Below, piece after piece: positions 54,101 to 64,000 of a stretch of 64,000 bases of DNA. The first letter of the stretch is position 1. Every line of letters starts with the position of its first letter. A program made the translations under genes and the position numbers. Source of the DNA: Lama guanicoe (taxonomy: Eukaryota). The notes under the pieces are model-generated. The model had not been told where the DNA came from and ran no database searches. It was given only the letters and a program-made list of their open reading frames with translations. The DNA lies in the NCBI GenBank assembly GCA_013239625.1, contig MU054187.1:6645757-6709756 (forward strand), read 5' to 3'.

Positions 54101-55526
54101 GACTACTTTCAGGCTCCAGCCTGTGATTTCTGAAAAAGAAGCTAAATTTGTCATAGTCCCCTCTGAAAAACTGGGTGAATATTCCACTTACTGAAAGCAA
54201 TATGATTAAATAGGAAAAGCTAAGGAATGAATATTTGAAAAGTAGAAATTATTACTGTTAAATAAAATGTTAAAAATGTGCCAGTATTTTCCAGTTTTAA
54301 GCTCTTCAAAGAACCAATGCTAAGCTAAGTTTCAGAGAAGCTCAAAGAGATGTAAAAATATGAAATACCACTCCATAAAAAAGGTAAAAGAAACCAAAGG
54401 TCTTAGGTCTTACCGCTCTCAAGCTCTAAGAGCTTTGTTTGAAGTAGAAAATGAATAAAATCTCATTTTAAGGAATTCATGTTAGATATGGGTAACACAA
54501 TTGCTTTTGCTATCACTAAAGCAAACTCATTTTAAATGAATTGACACAAAGGTGTTTTTAAAGGTTTTCTAATGGCAAAAATGGACTCTCCTAAAAAGAA
54601 TGATCACTTTAATAAATTTAATTTACAAACCTAGAAATCATATTATTCCTAAAGCCAAAGTTGATAGCCAATTATTAGGTAATGCAGGAAAAAATGGAAA
54701 AAGACCATTATTTAGGATGAATAATTTTAATATGTACAACATTATTTAAGACACATACTCACATTTTCCTTCTTCTGTAATATGCCTGCTTTTAAAAAAT
54801 TCAAATTACTATCTCTGGATGTATACTTGGAAAGAAAACTGAAAATAAATTTTGCTTTCATAGACAGAAATATTCAGACACACTACCATCTGAATACAGT
54901 AACTTAACTACCCTAAGGCAAAAACATGGGGTTGTTTTCGAATAATTTTAAAAGCACCATTAATACAGAATCTTACACTGAAATTTGTATTAACCTGACA
55001 AATCAACCTAAACAAATTACAATTTTTAAAAAAAAATCAGCTTTTTAATGAACCATCTTTGTATACATCAGTCATGTTAAAGATCAACAGAGAAGCATTT
55101 AGTTTCTGAATCATGCTATAAATATTCTACAATCAATTCCGTTATAATCATCTTAATTGATAGTGTGTTAGAAGGACAAACAGCAAGGGTTAATCACAGA
55201 ACAATTTGCTATTAAGTTTCTAAGTTTAGTTCAGTGAATACATGAGTTACAACAAAAAGATACAGAAACCAATTATACTATGTCATTCTCAATGCACTTT
55301 GCAGACGGCTAGGAGAATGCAGGGTTCCACTTTCCACAAGTGGGAAAGCGAAGCAGGGGACTAGCTAGGAGCCAGCCGTACTGGGAGAAAGAGCACATGG
55401 TTGCCTTGTATTGTTCCATCACGGCTGCCCCACTGCACGCTAAGCCCTGGGTAAGCAAAGGGAAGAAAGAAAGAGGAGGCTGCGTCCGGGGTTCGTAAGC
55501 CAATGACTTCAGTCCCTGAATCAAAG

Positions 55527-55771
55527 TTACTGGTTATGCAAATCCAAAATGACACAAGTCTTTCCCTGAACCCCTTCATTCTGTGACGTACCATCAACAC
55601 CATCTGCCGTTTCGCTTTCTTCTTCTTCTTCTTCTAGCATTTCAAAGGGAGTCATTATATCATAGAGGAATGAGAGGAAACCATAAAACCAATCTGAACT
55701 TTCCTCTGCTAAAATATTAAGGACTTCCTCAAGAGAATCAATATTTTCATTACTGCCATCTTTGGTCAGGC
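55527..55771 (-). CDS. ASPH: ASPH alternative triadin-like exon (GLTKDGSNENIDSLEEVLNILAEESSDWFYGFLSFLYDIMTPFEMLEEEEEESETADGVDGTSQNEGVQGKTCVILDLHNQ*); an internal donor gives a 180-nt cassette 55592-55771
   Basis: Acceptor CTTATGTAG|GC after a long pyrimidine tract; open frame to TAA at 55527-55529; donor GATG|GTACGT at 55591; peptide matches a short ASPH isoform as I recall it. Confidence 0.88.
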
Positions 55772-56339
55772 CTACATAAGAATAAAGGAAGAGAGAAAGA
55801 CAAAATAAGGAGAGCAGTTAGGTGGAAAAAAAGGAGTGGAGGAAGCGTGATCTCAAAAAGGCTGTGCATCATGGCCAAGGAAGTTTACAGAAAAGACATT
55901 TTGGAAAATAAAGAAATCGATTAAGATGCACACCCAACAATCAACTCTCAGCCACATGTATAAGAGGAAAGGCAGTGTGACCCAACCTCTCCGTTGCTAC
56001 CAGCCCCTGACTGGGCTTGCCTTTGTCTTTCGAGAATCTAGAGCCAGAAAACACAAGATGGTATCAGCCCAAACGGACTGCCTGACGTCAGTGGGAAAAG
56101 TGAGTGAAAGCAGTCTGAGGAACAAAAAGACAGACCCCTCTGACTACCCCCACACCTGCTCATTCAGTGACCCGGTATTACCGAGAGCTGATGAGACAAA
56201 CGTGTACATACGTCAATAAATATTCACCGGAAGTGGAAAACGTTCATTGCCTCAAATGTTCCCCCTTAGGAGCTGGTAGTGAATTTAGGAAACTGGAATT
56301 CACATGACTAGCAAGCAGGGTGACTGTTCACAGCTCCTA

Positions 56340-56645
56340 CAGAGGGACAGCAACGTGCTCAAGTCATATGTATCAGGTAACCCACTTAGGTTGTAGCACT
56401 GTAGAATGTTAGCTTTCTAATGCTCTGGCTGCTGACTCGTGGTCCTATAACTCTGACCAATGAGAAGAGTCAGCTATTAATAACAATTTGCTCAGTCTTA
56501 CCGGCATGAAACATGACCGAGGCCTCCACCAGCCACCTGCAACAGGAACATTCCGGAGTTCCCTCCCTATCAGCTCGTGAAATTAGCTTCTGCTGCTAAG
56601 ATTCCTGTTGTTTTTAAGTCTTCGCCCCAAAACAAACGCCCGTGA
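56340..56645 (+). mobile_element. MLT1-type LTR fragment
   Basis: ggcctccaccagccacctg...tgttgtttttaagtc end motif. Confidence 0.45.
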
Positions 56646-59600
56646 TAGAAAGCAAGCAACATATATATGGTTTTTCATCACTGTTCTTTCCTGTGAAGAA
56701 CCGGCCTTGGGTAAGACCAATGTCTCGGCTCCAGTAGGTAGCAGGGTCTAATCTACACTGTCTGGCTCTATGCAGCAAGAGCTACAATTTTTAGGGAAAA
56801 AAAAAAAAAACGGGTTGAGGGTTCTGGCTGTAAGAAACGTGCACATGCATGACTGCAGAGCTTTTTAGATTATAACCACTTAATTCGGTATTTTCTGGCT
56901 TTGGCAACACAATTCCTCCACACAGCATAACTACTGGCAATCCAGCCTGGCAGGTCAGAGATGATAACAAGACAGCTAGTTTAATGTTAAAGATTGGAGT
57001 GAGTTTTTCCTGCATTAGTCCATAGAGGAACTCCACCGGGCCGGCCTTCATGTGTCTGGGTAGGAAAAAGCCATAAATCGCAGTTGGTATTTAAATTATT
57101 TTTTGACCCACCCAGAAAGTTTTCTCTCTGAATCTAACAGTTGACACGTGCTTGGGACAGAGATCCGTATTCCCACCTAAGCCTCTGTGGGAATAACAGT
57201 TTCTTCTTTCCGTCCAAAAACACTACAGCTGTATATTTAGAATAAACATTTTTATTTTTCTCATTTTCCAATCTAAATGCTTCCAAGGGTCGAGCATAAA
57301 ATATAAACCTTTCCTGCCCTCCAGTATGACGAGCTAAAGTGCGCGACAAACATGCAAAAGTATGTGAACAAAACTATTCAGCCAACTGTGCAGCCTTCTT
57401 GCGGTTCTTAAGCCTGAAGAGAAAAAGAAAATATATTCTGGGTACACAATTCCTTAACATCTAAGAGCAGGTCTGGACCAAGGAGCAGGGTGTGAACGCT
57501 GTTGATGGGGCGAGATCCAGCCCTCCCTTCTCTTCAGCTCACTCAGGCATCTGTCAGTCTACAAACTTTTTTCAAGGCGCTAGGAATTTTTTTTTTCAAC
57601 TTATGAATTTTTTTCAAGACTGTATGAATCACTTTCCCTTTTGCTTTCCAGCCATACCTGATACGGTGCCAGCTAGACACTGGTCACAGGACAGAAGGAC
57701 AACCGTGGAATCCACAGGTGGTTTTACTCTAAGAAAACGTTACTCAGCATTTAGTCCTCTTTCCCACAGATTTTATTTGGGAAACAAGCTTTCAAAGAAT
57801 TCACTTTCAGACAATGTAGTGTCTGATAATCCAAACTAAAAATCAAAGATATTTTATTTTAGATAATTTGGCCGCAAAAGTCAGAAGCTATGTAAACAAG
57901 AACAGGCTTAGACTGTTTTCAAAATACATCATAAAGGCCACCGCCAGAAATAACGAAATAATAAATTAATGATGGCTATCAATCTTGATTCACTCACTTC
58001 TTTCAGTCTTGCTTTACAGTTCCTAAGAAGGGCGAAATTTTGAAATGTGAAAGAAATGTAAACATGAATGTATACATTTCCTCAAAGTAATCAGATTTAG
58101 ATGCATGCAAATTTACTTAAGACTCCAGAAAGAAATACTAATGAAAGAAATGCCAAACCTATGAAAGTTTGGCGTAACTATTACCACACCTGCCAGGCCA
58201 AGGTCCCACCTAATCTCTGACTTCCTGCTTGCACCCCTCCCAGGGGACTCCCTCTGCCTTAATTCAGAGCAACTAGCCTTGAGCTGCTTCTCCAATGAGA
58301 ACACACCCGGGAGGTCTGGCTCCTTTTGGGGGGACACACTCACTGAATCTGCTCCCCTGTAACCTCTCCCTGAACATACCGAGCCTCTGAACCCCGACAA
58401 TTTCACCAGGTTCTTGCAACCACCTGCCAGTAACAGAGGCACAACCTCACAAACTAGAAAAGAACTTTTGTCACAAAATTCAGTTCCAGTCAAGGTTATA
58501 TTTCATGCACAGAATTCAAACGCCATAGAAATAAGGTGAGGACAAAAGCGAGCCTGACAGTTCCCGTCAGGTTTCTTTCATCTTTACCAAAACCACAAAC
58601 CAACTGTGAATTAGTACATGTACACAGTAAAAGAGCCGATCTTAGCCTTTGTGCATTTAGCAGTCAAATTACCAAATGAACCCGCAGATTCACCAATTTG
58701 GTTCTATCGCCAAGCATATGATTCTTGTAAGAGGAACGAGTTACCATTTGCCTACACCACATATGTGGCTACCTGCAAATGGCAATGTCTAAATTAGTTA
58801 CTTAAACTCTTAATGGTTGCTTAAAAATATTAATGGGAATAAACTTTCGAAATCTAAAATACTAAAAATCAAGTTGCTAATGTAAGTTTGCAATAGAAAT
58901 CAACATGTGATAAAAAAATTTTAATTTAATAGTTGGCATTTCCTGACAGACCAGATAGCTGATTTTAAGCACCTCCCCATCCAAAAATTGACAAAGTACA
59001 GTAATAAGTACAGTCTGTCATTTAAAGTAAAGTAACAAAATGGAGTAATAAATCATTCATAGGCAAGCAAATTAGCATCATCCTGATATAAGGTTTATAT
59101 AATTTTCTTTCATGTGCCCAGGATTATAGTCTTCTGAAGATTTGCTATATTTATAGAAACCCAAATGACAAAATTATACAGAAAATTCTATTAAGGTTAA
59201 GACAGGGAAAGAAATTTCATGGATATGATGCTTTCACTGTTAAGCAGCAAATATGATTCTCACCAAGCAGTACAAGAAAACATAAAGTCAAAATTAAGCA
59301 GCTTTATTACATTTAACCACAACTAAAATGTGTTGTAAGGAGGTTACAGTTAATCTACTGAAGTTTCACTGGTTACAGATGCAGTAGCTCCCATTTTTTT
59401 TGCTATCCATAAAATACACCCAAAATTGTGCATCTAGAAAGAATTTCTTTGTGTCATTATTCTATTAAACTTAATGTAGAACACCTTGCCATATTCATTG
59501 CTTTTCTAAATACTTAGAAATGTTTTAATACATATTATCTTACATACTAAAACAAAGGAAAGGATGCTGTTTAACAAGCAGAAATACATATCTCACTGGG

Positions 59601-60293
59601 CCAGATTATATAAAATTTGCTTATTAAAATTAGCACCATGCTTTCCAGTATGAAAGCATTTTAAAATAAATGAAGGAATAACACATCTTTATTACAAAAA
59701 AAAAATCTCAATCATAAAGACAGGTAATTCTGGTGATAAAAGAGAAGGGTCCAAGACTTAAAAAAAAAAAATCAAGAAACCTGGCCAAAGACTACTAGAT
59801 TATTTTAATGTAATCTTTCAAATATGCATAGGACATTTCAGGATGCTTACTACCATTATCTTATTTCAAGATGAATTTATATAAGCCTTCAGAAACTTAT
59901 ACTTTTAAATAGAACTGATTATGTCAAACAATGCTAAAGAATGAGTGTGATTACCACATTTGAAAACAGACTAGGACATTTCCTATATGTTCGAATGTTA
60001 AATTCAGAATATAAAATGCTTTAAATCTAAAAACACGTAGGAAATTACTTTACTTATTAAAATCACCTGTGCCAGAGCGCTATACTTATCCATCTGTAAA
60101 AGTAAATTGAAATGTGAGAGTCTATGAAAAAATAAGTAAGCCATTTAACATCCCAAAAAGAATGAAACATATCATTTAATCAGGAAAACGTCTTCCATAA
60201 AATGTAAATGATTCACACAGACATTATTAAAGCAAAAAATACTATTTTGTTTCCAACATTTTACCACCAATAAAAAACAAAATGTGTACTTGC

Positions 60294-60362
60294 CTAATAA
60301 AACTTTGGCATCATCCACATCAAAATCTCCATCACCATCAGCATCGTAGATTCCTAGTTTTC
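60294..60362 (-). CDS. ASPH: ASPH shared exon, 69 nt, EF-hand-like loop (GKLGIYDADGDGDFDVDDAKVLL)
   Basis: Acceptor CTTGTAG|GA; non-canonical donor TTAG|GCAAGT; DxDxDG motif. Confidence 0.97.
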
Positions 60363-60418
60363 CTACAAGAGGGGAGGAAAGATAGATACAAGACAAAAGG
60401 GAAAACAAATTTAATACG

Positions 60419-60456
60419 GTGTTACCACTGCTTACAGTGTTACCACTGCTTACAGT
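60419..60456 (+). repeat. 18-bp tandem duplication (gtgttaccactgcttaca) x2
   Basis: Two identical adjacent units. Confidence 0.92.
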
Positions 60457-61812
60457 CCTGCATATCATCCATTGATGCTACCAATCAATGCAACTCTTTG
60501 CTCCTTTAATCCTGAAGAGCGATGCTAAATGAATATCTCACCTAAAAATGAAGGCAGTTTACTTAGAGATTCAGAAAATGTTCACCTAACAAAGCTAAGA
60601 AATACAACTGAGACAGTATTATCTTAAAGGGTTTAACAATACCCTGAGAGTGAATCATTTCAGAATAATATATATATTTTTTAAATTTTACTGCTAAACA
60701 AATTTTTAGGTAAAATTTTCAACATATAGAAGAAACAATACTGATCCATTTCTAACAAGTTACATGAAATTTAATGTTCCTAAAGTATAGAAGTTTCTCA
60801 CACCATCAGTATTCAAAGCAAAAGAATACCCACTAAGCCTCAAATAAAAACCAAATATAATTAACACCAAGTATAAGAATAAGAGGATGACTAATTTTAT
60901 ATTTTACAATAATGATTTATAACAGAAGCATTATGAGTCAATCTTAAAAAAAAAGGCTTCTGGAAATAAAGTATGTAAAACTGGCTTTTTGAAATTACAA
61001 AGGAAAACTTACAGTCGTCCTATTTAAAAACATAATTAGTACCAGCCACTTGCTACTATGGAAAAAAAAATAAGGCTTAGAACAGCTAAGCTGAGAAGAC
61101 AGTGCTAAAGCCATCCTGCTCCAAGAATAGCAAGTGTATATTTTAAGGCTTTAATCAAAAAATGAAGCTTTATCATCTTGGAGCACCATTATGTTTAACC
61201 TATCAAAAATGAGTCCAGTACTATTCAATTCCCTCTGAACATCCTAAAGTCAACATGATTTACAGGTCATCATTGGACAACGGCTGCAAAAAGACAATAA
61301 TTCAATATTTTAAACAATATTTCAAACCACATTCACAAGTACAGCATCAGTTTTAAAAAATCAGCACTGCCACCACTTCTTCATAAAAAGTAAATTAAAA
61401 CATTACATTAAGAGCAGGAAGAACCTTGAGAACCGAGTGGCTGTGACCAACCCTGACCCCCCTGCAGCCTCTGTGCTACTCGGGAAAACAGTTAACTTGC
61501 CGTGGAGGAGTCTAGTGTACACAGCACACACACATTAAAAAGGATAATCTGAATAATGGAGAGAGAAGGAAGTTATCATTTCTATATAACCCATTTCTAA
61601 GAAAATATAAATGAAAAGCACTCATCTTGCAGTCAAGGCTACCTATAGCTCAGAGTTCAGATAACATTAAAAAGATAGAAAACACCCTTCTGACAAACTT
61701 AAAAGGGGAAACTGGTCCCACACCTACATTCCCTGATGGAGGTGGTAACCAAATTAGTAGCCGTTTTAGAGACCAGCACATGCAGACTTAAAATGCATCG
61801 CCAACGGCCTAC

Positions 61813-61857
61813 CTTGAAGTACCTCTGATAAGTTATAACGGAAGTCCTTGGCTTTGG
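61813..61857 (-). CDS. ASPH: ASPH 45-nt alternative cassette exon (AKAKDFRYNLSEVLQ)
   Basis: Acceptor TTTTTGCATGCATGCAG|CC, donor CAAG|GTAGGC; matches the 15-aa insert of longer junctin/junctate isoforms. Confidence 0.95.
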
Positions 61858-62289
61858 CTGCATGCATGCAAAAACACGAAAATTGTTATTCGCACTTAAA
61901 GACACACATCGTTTAAATCTCTTCTTTTGTGTAATAGACTTTCCCTAGCAGCGTATTACTGTAGGTCAACCAAAGTACAGATCTATGCAGAAGTTCGTCT
62001 CCAAAGTAAAATTCTTCCTCTGTCACTCTACCAGTCTATCCAGACACTTGCCTCCAAGTGAGAAAAATGAGACGCTTCAACAACAGGCAGATTCCATGTA
62101 AGGGCGCTTTATCAGTCTTTGCCTCTCCCCCCAGGGAGACGGCTATCACCTGGTAAGTAAAGCAAAACCCCAGGAGGGCCTATGGAAGGGGGGGTTTTCC
62201 CTGCAACACTGCACACGCAGAGAAGTGTGCGTTGTTTTCCAGTGACAGGGCTCACATCTTTCACTGGATTATTAAAGAGGAAGGACACT

Positions 62290-62696
62290 CACTCACAATA
62301 GCCAAAAAGTGGAAATGACCCCAATGTCCATCACTGATGAATGGAAGAGTAAAATGTGGTGTATCCATACGATGGAGTATTATTCTGCCATAACATGGGA
62401 TCAGGGTCAAACCTCAGAAACACCATGCTAGGTGCGAGAGGGCAGACACAAAGGGCCGCTTGCTGTATGACTCCATCCACACGAAACGCCCAGAGCAGGC
62501 AAACCCATGGGCACAGAGAGTGCAGCAGGGCTTGCCAGGAGTGGAAAGAAGTAGGGGATGGGAATATTCTGAAATTAATGACGATGATGACAGCACAAAA
62601 TAATGAACATGTAAAAAGCCAGTGAATTGTACACTTTTACATATTTACAATATTGAATTTTATGTTATGTTTTGTCTCAATTTCAAAAAAAAAAAG
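62290..62696 (+). mobile_element. Old L1M (L1MB/MC-like) 3' end with A tail
   Basis: tcacaatagccaaaaagtggaaa...aatgtccatcactgatgaatgga...tgaattgtacacttt...tctcaatttc(A)n. Confidence 0.85.
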
Positions 62697-62991
62697 ACTT
62701 GGTCAGGTGAAACAAAGAGTATGGCTCCCAAAATTGTACAGAATCACTAATGTAAAAATCATAAAAAAAAAACTGCAGTGATTACAGGGAAAGAAAAGGA
62801 AAGGAAAAGCCAGTTATCAGAAGCAACATGACACCTTGCTCGAAACAGCCTACAGACCACATCTACACATGCACGTGTGCATGCACACTCCCACATCACG
62901 CACACAGTTCCAACAAGGACACAAAGGGGTGTGCTTTGAGATGCCCTCCTCAGGCAGGGTCTTGCAAATTGTGTGTTTATGACACATTCAT

Positions 62992-63120
62992 GGGGGGATG
63001 AGGGTGTAGCTCAAGTGGCAGAGAAGGTGCTTAGCATGCACAAGCAATCCCCAGCACCTCCTCTGAAAATAAAGAAATAAACAAACCTAATTACCTCCCC
63101 CTCCAAAAAAATAAATAAAT
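62992..63120 (+). mobile_element. tRNA-derived camelid SINE (vic-1 type), B box deleted
   Basis: ggggatgagggtgtagctcaagtggcagag...gcttagcatgcacaag^caatccccagcacctcc, (taaa)n tail, diverged flanking repeat gacacattcat/gatccatttat. Confidence 0.85.
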
Positions 63121-63420
63121 GATCCATTTATGGGTCCTTAAATAAATTCCGTGGCTCATGACCAGTATTTTAAAAATTCATAGTATAACAAAATGGAATA
63201 GAAATGATAGAATATCACATGTCTTTGAGAGTAAGTACTATTTGATAAACATTTCTGTGTGGTATACATACAACATAAAGCCTATTTTCTTCTACTAGAG
63301 ATCATGTTCAAAGAAGTTGCAACCACTGCTCCAAGGTAAGCCTGGTAACACCCCCTTTTGTTCCTGCCCTACTGAGAACCACTGAAAGGCTCCAGAAATC
63401 AACGGCATCAGAATCCTTAC

Positions 63421-63570
63421 CTAACACTTCCTCATAGTCAACCAGATCAAACCAGACGACAGCTACAGATGTCCACACTCCCAGCAACGCGATGACCATA
63501 AACCACGTGAAAAAGGAACCCCCAGAAAGTCCTCCTTTCTTCCCATTCTTTTGTCCTCCGTGCTTTGCCT
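63421..63570 (-). CDS. ASPH: ASPH shared exon, 150 nt: cytosolic tail plus transmembrane helix (EAKHGGQKNGKKGGLSGGSFFTWFMVIALLGVWTSVAVVWFDLVDYEEVL)
   Basis: Acceptor CTTAACAG|AG, donor TTAG|GTAAGG; peptide matches the junctin/ASPH TM segment. Confidence 0.98.
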
Positions 63571-64000
63571 CTGTTAAGAAATAAAACAGGCGTACAAATG
63601 TCATTATCTAAGAAGAAAATGCAATTCTATTGAAGCTCTTTTCACTGGAACAGTTCCCCAGGAATTTGACAGTACTTACAATGATAAATCATTTCCAACA
63701 TAGTTTTTGTTTAAATTCCCAAATCATGTTACAGAAATGAAGCACTGAAACTGGGAAAGACTATGCTCAGACTCAACACCACACACCTAAGACCCCAACA
63801 TCAAAGGAATGAAAGAAAGAAGCTACTAATGGGCTAACAATTTTTTAAAATAAAAATTGATAAAACACATGTATTCCTTCCAAGTTCTTTATCCAAACTA
63901 CCTAAATACAATCTTTTTCAAAGTTCACAGCATATCAAGAACTTAATGAAATCACAAATGTAGCCAATTTCTCTTCTCTGTCCCATTTAGTTTCTGTAGA

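Larger units (their letters stand above)
1..64000 (-). other. ASPH: Internal part of the ASPH gene (junctin / junctate / aspartyl-asparaginyl beta-hydroxylase locus); both gene ends outside the window
   Basis: 18 minus-strand exons with splice sites join in frame to the known ASPH/junctin/junctate peptides in the expected order. Confidence 0.98.

Overview
Mammalian genomic DNA, probably camelid (two tRNA-derived vic-1-type SINEs). The whole window lies inside the ASPH (aspartyl/asparaginyl beta-hydroxylase / junctin / junctate) gene on the minus strand. I mapped 18 coding exons by hand from splice sites and translation: the transmembrane exon, a 45-nt cassette exon, the EF-hand-like exon, a triadin-like alternative exon, two junctin-specific exons, ten short acidic luminal exons, the junctate terminal exon with its 3'UTR, and the first hydroxylase-specific exon. 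The promoters, first exons and catalytic exons lie outside the window. Introns carry old L1, L2, MIR and MLT repeats, a MER41-like LTR and a perfect ~172-bp tandem duplication. I see no foreign or novel gene system, and most entries in the ORF track are chance ORFs. The most notable signals concern splicing: a GC donor, shifted or weak acceptors, an all-phase-1 exon array, RBFOX/QKI motifs and candidate unannotated microexons. Repeat names and orthologue comparisons are from memory, not database searches.
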